Positions 31,563-40,448 of a DNA stretch of 64,000 nucleotides are shown here, piece by piece. Source of the DNA: Chamaesiphon sp. (GTDB taxonomy: Bacteria > Cyanobacteriota > Cyanobacteriia > Cyanobacteriales > Chamaesiphonaceae). The DNA is taken from the NCBI GenBank assembly GCA_965246715.1, contig CBDFFH010000014.1, positions 15,640-79,639 of the forward strand. Direction: 5' to 3'. Position 1 is the first letter of the stretch; the number at the start of each line of letters is the position of its first letter. Position numbers and translations under genes: made by a program. The notes beneath the pieces are model-generated. The model did not search any database and was not told the origin of the DNA. It was given only the letters and a program-made list of their open reading frames with translations.

Positions 31563-32855
31563 CTATAGCTCGCAATTCGATCGCGATTTTGAGTCCAGTT
31601 GCCAATGGGATAAACACATCCTAACGCCAAGCTGGAGTTCTGGGGTGAGATCCGATCGCGCTGCTAATTGCAATATTTCAGCAGGAATCGTTGGTGAGAT
31701 TTTTGAGATGGCGGCGATGGTGTAAAGTTTGACGCGATCGTCTGGATCTCCCAACAGCTGGATGAGTTCTGGGACGCTGTTAATCTCACCCAAGTTCCCC
31801 AACGATCCGGCGATCTCTTGTTTGACGCTTGCTGACAGACCGGCAATATTGGCATGTAAGTAAGCTGCGAGTAATTGACTGGCATAACAGCGCTCTCGCT
31901 CGGTATTGCCGATACTGGTAACGATTTCTCCCCTCATCGCTGGTGGGGCCGTAACCAAGGCTGCGACCAAGCAATCGAGTGCCGCGCAGGTACCAATCCA
32001 GCCCAAGGCGAGAATAACTTGCGACTGCAACGGTGTGGGAGTCCGATCGGCTACCAATACTTCGGCTAAAACTGTTACAGCATATGGATCTGGCAATCGG
32101 GACAACCCCAAGGCGGTCGCCCCACAAACTGCCAAATTTAGATCGAATAATAGTGGCTGGAGCTGGCGGACGAGATCTAATTCTACTGTCAGATCGCTCC
32201 GCAGACTCAGCGCAGTTACCGCCGCTTGGCGGACGCTAGCAGCGGTATCGGTTAGTTTTGTCAATAGCAGTGGGGGAATGCGCGGATCGTGGAAACTGCC
32301 CAGCGCTTCGACGGTGAGCGTCCGCACCTGTGGATCGGGATGCTGGAGGGTACGACTGAGCGGCTCGATTGTTTGTGAGTGGCGGATTTGTGCCAATGCT
32401 GTCACCGCGATCGCACAATCTGAAGTAGTTAATAATTCTGTTAAGGCGGTAATCGCCGAAGTGCCGATTTTTGCTAGCGCGCCAGTGGCGATCTCGCTCA
32501 GCTCTGGATCTTCACCCTGACGGATCGCCATCACTAATGCGGTGACTACATCCGATCGATCGAATTCACCCAAAATTCGCGCTACAAACCATCGCTCTTC
32601 GATCTCCACATCGGAGTCGTTGAGGAGATCTAACAGGGGTAGGATGGCAATTTCACCCAGCTTGGGCACGATTTTAGCAATCTCCCACTGTTGCTCGAAA
32701 TCTCCGTCCATCAACACTTGTAGCGCTAAGCCCAAAACTTGCGCTCTTAGCGCTTCGTCGGCATCGAGCGGCATGTTTTGGATTGTGGCGATGACTTCCG
32801 CCCACATTCCCCGCTCTGCTGCGGCAATCGCTGGATCGATCGCGAACGATGACAT
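31563..32855 (-). CDS. HEAT repeat protein (PBS lyase-like)
   Basis: Repeated VR..A..ALG helical units. Confidence 0.85.
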   Translation of the reverse strand: MSSFAIDPAIAAAERGMWAEVIATIQNMPLDADEALRAQVLGLALQVLMDGDFEQQWEIAKIVPKLGEIAILPLLDLLNDSDVEIEERWFVARILGEFDRSDVVTALVMAIRQGEDPELSEIATGALAKIGTSAITALTELLTTSDCAIAVTALAQIRHSQTIEPLSRTLQHPDPQVRTLTVEALGSFHDPRIPPLLLTKLTDTAASVRQAAVTALSLRSDLTVELDLVRQLQPLLFDLNLAVCGATALGLSRLPDPYAVTVLAEVLVADRTPTPLQSQVILALGWIGTCAALDCLVAALVTAPPAMRGEIVTSIGNTERERCYASQLLAAYLHANIAGLSASVKQEIAGSLGNLGEINSVPELIQLLGDPDDRVKLYTIAAISKISPTIPAEILQLAARSDLTPELQLGVRMCLSHWQLDSKSRSNCEL

Positions 32856-32873
32856 ACAAGTTATTGGGGGTAT

Positions 32874-33962
32874 TTACTTAATTGCGATCGCGACTAGGAC
32901 TAATAATGCTTCGATCGTGTAGAACACACCGACAACCTGCGTTTCCGTCCAACCGCTCAATTCTAGATGATGGTGGATCGGAGCCATTTTAAACAGGCGC
33001 TTGCCCTTACCTTCAGCATCTTTAGTCGCCTTGTAATAACTTACCTGAGCGACAACCGATAGCGATTCTACCGCAAAGATCCCACTCAAAATAAATAACA
33101 CCCAGAGGTGCTCCGTGAGAATTCCTACCGCCGCCAAAGCACCACCCAAAGCTAACGAACCAGTATCGCCCATGAAGACTTTGGCTTTATTGCGATTGTG
33201 GACGACAAAGCCGAGATAGCTACCGCTCAGACAAATGCAAAACACGGCTAAATTAGGTTCTTTGGACAAAATTACTGCGGCGAGTCCTGCCAAGGCGATT
33301 GCACCCGTCCCCCCAGCCAATCCATCGACCCCATCAGTGAGATTGGTCGCATTGCTCTCAGCCAAGAGCGCGAATACGCCCAGTCCCCAAAATAAGAAAC
33401 CCAACGGTAAGACTACGTTAAACGGTAAATGAACGCTGGTAATTGCCATCCCACGACTGTAAAGCGCCCAGCCACAAAACGCGATCGCGATTGCGGCTTG
33501 CAGTAGCAGTTTACCTTTTGGCGTGAGACCTTCATTCTTCTTATTACTCAAACTCTTCCAATCATCGACCCCACCGATCGCAAAATAGCCCAAACTCGCC
33601 ATCGCTACCGCGAGCGCATCGGGGTTAAATTTCGTCCAGAGTAATCCGATCGCAATCCCGAGCGGTACCACAAACACACCACCCATCGTGGGGGTGCCAG
33701 CTTTCTTCAGATGCGCCTGTGGGCCATCTTCGCGAATGAATTGTCCCATTTTTAATTTTTGAAGCATGGGAATCGCCCAGTAACCGATCGCGGCAACTGC
33801 TGCTGTAGCTACTAAAAATGGTAATAGCAAAGAAGTAGTTACACTTTTGCCTTCATGCCAATCCAACCACAAAATCGCTCCACTAAGTACCATCCCTAAT
33901 AGGATCAGCAACCCAGTTCCGGTAGGATTAAAACCCCGTGTGGATACCGATTTACCCTCCAT
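32874..33962 (-). CDS. mraY: phospho-N-acetylmuramoyl-pentapeptide transferase
   Basis: KAGTPTMGG, NLTDGVDGL, FMGDTGS, MAPIHHHLE. Confidence 0.97.
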   Translation of the reverse strand: MEGKSVSTRGFNPTGTGLLILLGMVLSGAILWLDWHEGKSVTTSLLLPFLVATAAVAAIGYWAIPMLQKLKMGQFIREDGPQAHLKKAGTPTMGGVFVVPLGIAIGLLWTKFNPDALAVAMASLGYFAIGGVDDWKSLSNKKNEGLTPKGKLLLQAAIAIAFCGWALYSRGMAITSVHLPFNVVLPLGFLFWGLGVFALLAESNATNLTDGVDGLAGGTGAIALAGLAAVILSKEPNLAVFCICLSGSYLGFVVHNRNKAKVFMGDTGSLALGGALAAVGILTEHLWVLFILSGIFAVESLSVVAQVSYYKATKDAEGKGKRLFKMAPIHHHLELSGWTETQVVGVFYTIEALLVLVAIAIK

Positions 33963-34117
33963 CTATGTCTTCCTCCGAGGTAATTCGTTGGTGAAGCCTC
34001 TCTGAAAGAGAATCGCTTACTGCCACCATTAATATCATCAGATCGACACCAGTTGCACAAAATTTCGCAACAATTGCAACTTAGCGATCGCGCTTGCAAT
34101 CGCAAATCAAAGTACGA

Positions 34118-34150
34118 TATCCCCGACTTCTGTAGAGAAATCGGGGATAT
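34118..34150. repeat. palindromic dispersed repeat / hairpin
   Basis: atatccccgacttct...agaaatcggggatat. Confidence 0.55.
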
Positions 34151-34188
34151 ATCATCCTAAATAATGACGGATGAGTCTAAGCTACGCT

Positions 34189-34443
34189 CTAAATTTCGTC
34201 AGCATCGTCACTATCATCACTATCTTCTTCTTCTTGATAGTCGCGATCGTCTTCAAATAGTTCTTCCTCTAGATTGGGTTGATCCAATGCAGAAATAGCG
34301 GGATCGCGCTCGTCGCGTTCGATCAGCCGACCTTGAGATTCCAGCCACTCTAAAATCGACGTATTGCGCTGAACGGCAATCACTGGCGCAGGTTCGTACC
34401 GGGGCTGTTGTTTTAAAGCTGGATTGTTAAACGTATCGGGCAT
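34189..34443 (-). CDS. DUF3134-like small acidic protein
   Basis: NPAL..QPRYEPAPVI..SILEWLESQGRLIER; upstream of mraY. Confidence 0.8.
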   Translation of the reverse strand: MPDTFNNPALKQQPRYEPAPVIAVQRNTSILEWLESQGRLIERDERDPAISALDQPNLEEELFEDDRDYQEEEDSDDSDDADEI

Positions 34444-34531
34444 GATAAATCGATTGGCTCCAATTTCCTATAGTTTATCATTGTGGCTAGTAACTTGCGT
34501 AGATAATTAAATTATTAAGGTAGGGATATGT

Positions 34532-35122
34532 ATGCCTAAATCTAGACTGCTAGCTGCGATCGCGGGAAAAAATCGGGGGATACTTGCCACAGCTACCGAT
34601 CGACAGGCGATCTTAGCCGCGATTACCGAATTAGAATCTCGCAATCCACACCCACGACCGTTGACGACTGCGGTAGATTTATTAGCTGGTAATTGGCGGC
34701 TACTATACACTAGCAGTCAAAGTTTGCTAGGGATCGATCGCATTCCGCTGCTGAATTTAGCAAATATTTATCAATGCATTCGCCCACTCACTAGTTCGAT
34801 TTATAATATTGCCGAAGTTACGAGTTTGATTCCCGGCACTAGTGGTTTGGTCGCGATCGTGGCTGACTTTACCCCAGTCAATGAGTCTAGAGTAAACGTC
34901 CAGTTTAATCGCTCGCTGATCGGTTTTCAGGGATTAGTAAATTATTCAGATCCAGATCGACTGATTGCGGCGATCGAAACCGGTCAAAAATTCACCGCGC
35001 TCGATCTAAAGATCGAGCGTCAAAATAAAGAACCCGCTTGGCTCGAAGTCACCTACCTCGACGATACCCTCCGCATTGGGAGAGGGAACGAGGGGAATGT
35101 ATTTGTATTAACAAAAATTTAG
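34532..35122 (+). CDS. PAP/fibrillin family protein
   Basis: GNWRLLYT, WLEVTYLDDTLRIGRGNEG. Confidence 0.92.
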   Translation: MPKSRLLAAIAGKNRGILATATDRQAILAAITELESRNPHPRPLTTAVDLLAGNWRLLYTSSQSLLGIDRIPLLNLANIYQCIRPLTSSIYNIAEVTSLIPGTSGLVAIVADFTPVNESRVNVQFNRSLIGFQGLVNYSDPDRLIAAIETGQKFTALDLKIERQNKEPAWLEVTYLDDTLRIGRGNEGNVFVLTKI

Positions 35123-35142
35123 AACTCATAACTCATAATTCA

Positions 35143-35934
35143 ATGCGTTTGTCTCAACGGCATCTCAAAATTCTCGAAACTTGTCCGCGTCAATTCGAGC
35201 ATTTGTATTTCGATCGATTGGCATTACCTGTTTCCCCGACCCAACAACTTAAAACTCAGTTGGGTAGTGATTTTCACCTTTTAATGCAACAGCGAGAATT
35301 GGGACTGCCGATCGAGCCAATTTTAGCGCGTGCGCCGCAACTCAATACTTGGATGCAGGCGATTTTGACGGCAGCACCCGAATTATTTCAGTCCGACCCC
35401 CAAACTTGGCGCGAGAGCGAACATGTGCGAACGTTGGCGATTGCTGGCGCAGACAGTGATAATTACTTGTTTACTGTTATCTATGACTTGGTAATTCTCA
35501 ATCCCGATCGGGCAGATATCATCGACTGGAAAACTTACCCACTACCAAGATACAAAAAAGACCTCGATCGCGATTGGCAAACGAGATTATATCTGTATCT
35601 TCTGGTCGAAACTAGCGATTATGCACCCAAACAGATTGCTTTTACCTATTGGTTTATTCAGTCTTCACCCCAACCAAAATCGGTCAGAATCGACTATACA
35701 CTCAAGCAACATCAACAAACCAAGTCCGACCTCCAAACTTTATTAAGTAAATTATCGAACTGGTTGGATGCCTATCGCACTAACCGGGAACCTTTTCCAC
35801 AAGTAGAACCGTCCACAGGCTTGTGCCAAAACTGCAATTTTGCGGTGCGGTGCGGTCGCGAATCTCTAGCGCTAGCAGCGCCAACGGCTGTTCCAAGTCT
35901 CGAGCTAGTCGATATTCCGCTCATACCAATTTAA
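35143..35934 (+). CDS. PD-(D/E)XK nuclease family protein
   Basis: CPRQF, YDL...IIDWKT, QTRLY, C-terminal CxxCxxxxxC. Confidence 0.85.
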   Translation: MRLSQRHLKILETCPRQFEHLYFDRLALPVSPTQQLKTQLGSDFHLLMQQRELGLPIEPILARAPQLNTWMQAILTAAPELFQSDPQTWRESEHVRTLAIAGADSDNYLFTVIYDLVILNPDRADIIDWKTYPLPRYKKDLDRDWQTRLYLYLLVETSDYAPKQIAFTYWFIQSSPQPKSVRIDYTLKQHQQTKSDLQTLLSKLSNWLDAYRTNREPFPQVEPSTGLCQNCNFAVRCGRESLALAAPTAVPSLELVDIPLIPI

Positions 35935-36198
35935 GTCGATCGGTGACAATTTCGATTCGGTTAGATTAAAATCGGAGTGGGCGCGATCGACTACCAAATT
36001 GAGTTAAGGTTTGCTAAGTTTGCTCTCATATACTCAATTAAACAGTAATAACCGTTTATAAAAGCTATTTATTTAAGCTACATTATTTAATACCCCGATA
36101 CCGATCGCAGCAATTGACGCAGCCTCTCAGCAACGAGAATCGCTCGACACTAGCCATCGAACTAGATTAACCTCCACTGCAATGCCACAATCGTTCCT

Positions 36199-37521
36199 AT
36201 GATGCAACCATCCACATTCCAAACTGTTTTGCGACATAAACTAGTTCGACGCGGAGCAATATTTACTAGTGCGTGTTTGGCCACATGTTTACCTATTTAC
36301 TCTAGTTCAGTCCTGGCAGCGTTTAAAGATAGTCCCAAAGCAACCGTGGATGAAGCTTGGCAAATTGTCAATCGGGAGTATGTAGACGGTACGTTTAACA
36401 AGTTAAACTGGCAAAAAGTCAGAATGGACTTGCTCAAACGCAACTATAGCAATCGCCAAGAGGCATATGTAGCGATTCGGGCGACTCTAAAGAAACTGGG
36501 CGACCCTTATACCCGCTTTATGGACCCAGTGCAGTTTCAATCCCTGAACAATCAAACCAGTGGCGAAATGTCTGGTGTCGGTATCCGCCTAGAATCCAAT
36601 CCACGCACCCAGCAGCTCGTTGTTGCGGAAGCGATCGAAAATTCCCCGGCATCGAAAGCCGGAATCAAGACTGGTGATGCAATTGTCGCGATCGATGGTA
36701 AGTCTACCAAGAATATGACATTGGAAAATGCCATCAGTCTGATTCGCGGCGAAATCGGTAAATCGATTACGCTCAAGATCGGACGAGCTAATACGAGTCC
36801 GTTTGATATCGCCCTCACTCGCGCTCAAATCGAGGTATCCTCGGTCTTTTCCGCAGTCAAGCAAGAAGGTAAGCTCAAAGTCGGTTATATCCGGCTTTCC
36901 GAATTTAGCTCCCACTCTTCCACTCAAATGGAAAAGGCGATCAAAGATCTCAATCGCCAACAAGTCAATGCTTACGTCTTAGATATGCGTGGCAATCCTG
37001 GTGGATTACTCCAAGCCAGCGTCGAAATCGCGCGGATGTGGCTGGATAATGGCACGATCGTTAAAACAGTCGATCGTAAAGGTGGTAATGAAGATTTCCG
37101 CGCGGTTCAAGGCGCACTAACACAACTACCACTGGCTGTCCTCGTCGATGGTAATTCGGCTAGTGCCAGCGAGATTTTAGCAGGTGCGCTCAAAGATAAT
37201 CGCCGCGCGCAAGTAGTCGGATCCCAAACCTTTGGTAAAGCTCTCGTCCAATCCGTCCACTCTCTATCTGACGGTTCGGGGATGGCCGTAACGGTCGCTC
37301 ATTACTATACTCCCAACGGTACCGATATCGGCCACAAAGGAGTCACTCCTGACGTGAAGGTCGATCTCAACTGGTTGGAGCAAAAGAATCTCTCTGATAC
37401 CCCAACGCTGCTAGGTAGCGCACAAGATCCCCAATATCAACAGGCAGTTTCGGTCTTACAAAATCGCCGTAATGCCGCTAACCAAAATACTGGTAAAACT
37501 CCTGCATTGAGTCGTAATTAA
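36199..37521 (+). CDS. S41 carboxyl-terminal processing protease (Ctp family)
   Basis: DPYTRF, PDZ domain, DMRGNPGG, SASASEI, TFGKALVQ. Confidence 0.93.
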   Translation: MMQPSTFQTVLRHKLVRRGAIFTSACLATCLPIYSSSVLAAFKDSPKATVDEAWQIVNREYVDGTFNKLNWQKVRMDLLKRNYSNRQEAYVAIRATLKKLGDPYTRFMDPVQFQSLNNQTSGEMSGVGIRLESNPRTQQLVVAEAIENSPASKAGIKTGDAIVAIDGKSTKNMTLENAISLIRGEIGKSITLKIGRANTSPFDIALTRAQIEVSSVFSAVKQEGKLKVGYIRLSEFSSHSSTQMEKAIKDLNRQQVNAYVLDMRGNPGGLLQASVEIARMWLDNGTIVKTVDRKGGNEDFRAVQGALTQLPLAVLVDGNSASASEILAGALKDNRRAQVVGSQTFGKALVQSVHSLSDGSGMAVTVAHYYTPNGTDIGHKGVTPDVKVDLNWLEQKNLSDTPTLLGSAQDPQYQQAVSVLQNRRNAANQNTGKTPALSRN

Positions 37522-37567
37522 TTGTCAAGTAGAGACGTTCCAACGAGTCATCTCTACGATTTCGATG

Positions 37568-37596
37568 AAACCCCAACAAACTTTGTTGGGGTTTTT
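37568..37596 (+). terminator. rho-independent terminator
   Basis: aaaccccaacaaa-c-tttgttggggttttt. Confidence 0.75.
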
Positions 37597-37618
37597 ATGT
37601 AATTAGCTCTCGTGATAT

Positions 37619-37721
37619 CAATACTTCTCTGTTAATAACTGCTAGCGACTGAAGTCGCAGCTAGTGAAGCAAAGTCCGCCTACGCGGACTAAATAGTTTT
37701 TAGATTAACCGAGAAGTATTG
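37619..37721. mobile_element. 103-bp MITE with 10-bp TSD
   Basis: TIRs caatacttctctgttaat / attaaccgagaagtattg; CTCGTGATAT at 37609-18 and 37722-31. Confidence 0.85.
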
Positions 37722-37823
37722 CTCGTGATATATCATCACCCAAGCTATGCCTGGTGAGGATGTGTTGCGAATTCTAGAAGCGGCTACAAAACGGGTTATG
37801 ACAGATGCAGCTAAAAAAGCAGG

Positions 37824-37853
37824 AAAGCCGACTAACTATTAGTCGGCTTTTTT
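37824..37853 (+). terminator. rho-independent terminator
   Basis: aaagccgactaa-cta-ttagtcggcttttt. Confidence 0.7.
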
Positions 37854-37930
37854 GTGAAAGTGTCCTGATTTGTATCACAGCAATGCGGAAATATTAGCAG
37901 CACACTGAAGATACAAACTCAAAAAATATT

Positions 37931-38482
37931 ATGACAGAGCAGATCTTGTTTAAAAGCAGTGAAATTAGCATAACAACTGCACGGTTAGAAATCAGGGGAA
38001 AAATGTACCCAATCGCACATATTACGTCAGTAAACAGTATTCAACAAAACCCAGATACCAGCAAAGCTACATCAACTTATTGGACTGGAATATTATTTAC
38101 AATCTGTTCGGTTTTTGGTGCGTTAGGGCATACAGAAAACTTACTAAATACATTAAGCAATACAATACTTTTTAACTTATTAATTTCGGCACCAACAATA
38201 TGGTTTGGCTGGTACTGGCGAAATAGCCAGAAAACCATATATTCCATCATTTTGAAGACTGCCAGTGGTGAAACAGAAACATTTAGATTCTCTGATGAAA
38301 AATTTCATCAAAATATCCTCACCGCTCTAAAAAATGCAGTTATTTCTCAGAATTCAATCAACCATATAAATAATAGTCAATTAACTGTTGTCGAATTAGA
38401 AAAAACATTTAATTTAGAAGACAGAACTCCAACATTTAGCTCTTATTACAAAGAAATCAGCCGCAAACTGGGTAAGAAATAA
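37931..38482 (+). CDS. DUF6232-like membrane protein
   Basis: ISITTARL..GKMYPIAHITSV, two TM helices, YSIILKTASGE. Confidence 0.7.
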   Translation: MTEQILFKSSEISITTARLEIRGKMYPIAHITSVNSIQQNPDTSKATSTYWTGILFTICSVFGALGHTENLLNTLSNTILFNLLISAPTIWFGWYWRNSQKTIYSIILKTASGETETFRFSDEKFHQNILTALKNAVISQNSINHINNSQLTVVELEKTFNLEDRTPTFSSYYKEISRKLGKK

Positions 38483-38496
38483 AAATCAAATATAAT

Positions 38497-39180
38497 TTGG
38501 ACAAAACAATGCAGAATATCAAACTTGCAGCAATAGTAGGATTAGTTTGTAGCGAGCTGGCGATCGGGCCATCGGCTGAAGCAAAATTATTGCCCCAAGC
38601 TAAGAAAGAAATTCAGATCGCTGCTTGCGAAGGTTATCAGACTGGCAATCTTAATTATATCCAAGTACGAGAAGAGGTCAGAGGAATGGTTCAGGAAAAT
38701 TATATATTGGAACAATATGAAAAAGCCCTTTTGGGGATGGCGACTCCTATCAGAAACTACAATGTCGATCCTGGGTTGAAGGCACAAGCTGAATACTCTT
38801 CTTCAAAAAATATCCAAGAACATACCGATACAATCATGGATGCTATAGTTCCAATCTGCCAACCTAAAACTGTTTCTCAACCTGTAAAAACAGAACCACT
38901 GTCACCAATAGATGAGGTCATTCAAAAACGCATTTGCGATGCTTATCGATCGGGTGAGTATAATTACAAGCAAATACGTTTGGCAACCAGCGAGCTAACT
39001 CAAAAATCTCACATTCCAGGAAAAGAAGAACGAGAAGTTTTGAATTTTGTCAAAAGTAGCAATGTTCAGGATTTGAGCATGGAAGCCGCAATAAGTTACT
39101 ACAGATATCAAACCATCCAAAGACGTATGAATACAATTTTAAATTCAGTAGTATCTAACTGCCAGCCGAAGCATAATTGA
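38497..39180 (+). CDS. secreted hypothetical protein with two tandem ~90-aa domains
   Basis: Signal peptide; repeats CEGYQTG.LNY...ICQPK and CDAYRSGEYNY...NCQPK. Confidence 0.7.
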   Translation: MDKTMQNIKLAAIVGLVCSELAIGPSAEAKLLPQAKKEIQIAACEGYQTGNLNYIQVREEVRGMVQENYILEQYEKALLGMATPIRNYNVDPGLKAQAEYSSSKNIQEHTDTIMDAIVPICQPKTVSQPVKTEPLSPIDEVIQKRICDAYRSGEYNYKQIRLATSELTQKSHIPGKEEREVLNFVKSSNVQDLSMEAAISYYRYQTIQRRMNTILNSVVSNCQPKHN

Positions 39181-39188
39181 TGAAAATT

Positions 39189-39467
39189 CTAGATTTGATT
39201 TAACGAAATATAATTTATTAGCTGATAATTAATCCAGCGATCGCGCAACCAATCCGGCTCCAAAGTTAGAGAAGATCGACTCTGTACCACAATAATATGT
39301 TTGTCCGAGACATCGGATCGTTGACCTTTGCTCTGCCTTCGGCAATCGTGTTGATATTGCCAGTGGGGACAGGTACATCGCCATTGCTCGCCAAACTTGG
39401 AAACAAGGTAAAGATAATAGAGGCTGGCGCAATAAAAGCTATGCCAGTACATTACAATTGGTTGCAA
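39189..39467 (-). pseudogene. SWIM zinc-finger gene remnant
   Basis: YLV...WRCTCP...C[13 extra aa]KHII; CKH split by an insert. Confidence 0.45.
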
Positions 39468-39530
39468 TTAATTGACAGTTCGGGCGAATACTCTCTAGAT
39501 TCTGAATACAGGCTTAGAGCAGGTGACAGT

Positions 39531-39743
39531 ATGGGTGATGCAAAAAGACGGAAAGAAAGCGGTCGGGAGCCTGCTGAGTCCAAGCGAATCTTCCCGTGGT
39601 TGCCATTAACAATGGCTCAATCAGAGGCATTCGTCCAGACTAGTACTAAAGGCGCTTGGATTGGGATCGGTTTATTAGTATTTGCGTGGCTGATGGTACG
39701 GCTCATTGGTCCTGCATTGGGATTATGGCAGACCGTAGGGTAA
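39531..39743 (+). CDS. DUF2839-like small membrane protein
   Basis: MGDAKRRK...PWLP...TKGAWIGIG...RLIGP. Confidence 0.85.
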   Translation: MGDAKRRKESGREPAESKRIFPWLPLTMAQSEAFVQTSTKGAWIGIGLLVFAWLMVRLIGPALGLWQTVG

Positions 39744-39826
39744 TCCGATCGATATTTGCGTGGCTGATGGTACGACCGATCGGCCCTGCCTTGAGATTAT
39801 GGCAGACCGTAGGGTAATCCGATCGA
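39679..39826 (+). repeat. 74-bp diverged tandem duplication of the DUF2839 gene 3' end
   Basis: 39679-39752 versus 39753-39826, 7 mismatches. Confidence 0.9.
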
Positions 39827-39941
39827 AATGTACGGAGATCGAGGTAGAGATCGATCGCTATCCTCCCGATCGAGAAATGTCATAATGGAAATGGATATTT
39901 TTCCATTTACCTACCTCAATAATTAGCTCGATCGATTGTGT

Positions 39942-40430
39942 ATGAACTCTTCAGAACAATCTTTAACTCGCTCCTATAGCCAGGAAGATGTCCAACAGAT
40001 CCTCAATATCGCCCTGGCGCAGCATCCGGATGCGGGTACAGAATTATCCTACGCGCAATTATTAGAAATTGCCGATGAATTGCGGATCCCTGCCGATACG
40101 CTCAAGCTCGCCGAAAATAAGTGGCTCGTTCAACAGAGTTCGGCTAACAAACTTCAAGAATTCGACGCGCACCGTCGATCGAAGTTTCAGGATAAATTAG
40201 GTAAATATCTCATTACCAATGCTTGTTTGGTAGCAGTAAATTTACTGATGGGATTTGGCGCACCTTGGTCGTTGTATATCCTAATTTTTTGGGGTATGGG
40301 CGTTGGTTTGGATGCGTGGAAATTATTTTATCAGCGCCAAGGACAAGCTTACGATCGCGCCTTCCAAAGTTGGGAACGCAAACGCAAGATTCAGAAGTCA
40401 ATTACTGGTTTAATCGATAAATTAGTCTAG
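39942..40430 (+). CDS. 2TM domain protein
   Basis: YSQEDVQQIL, LLEIADEL, two C-terminal TM helices. Confidence 0.82.
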   Translation: MNSSEQSLTRSYSQEDVQQILNIALAQHPDAGTELSYAQLLEIADELRIPADTLKLAENKWLVQQSSANKLQEFDAHRRSKFQDKLGKYLITNACLVAVNLLMGFGAPWSLYILIFWGMGVGLDAWKLFYQRQGQAYDRAFQSWERKRKIQKSITGLIDKLV

Positions 40431-40448
40431 TATTAAAAGCAAGTTCAG

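Noticed and set aside
35143..35934. PD-(D/E)XK nuclease as Cas4 or a defence system
   Set aside because: Stand-alone in a housekeeping context with no array or partner genes
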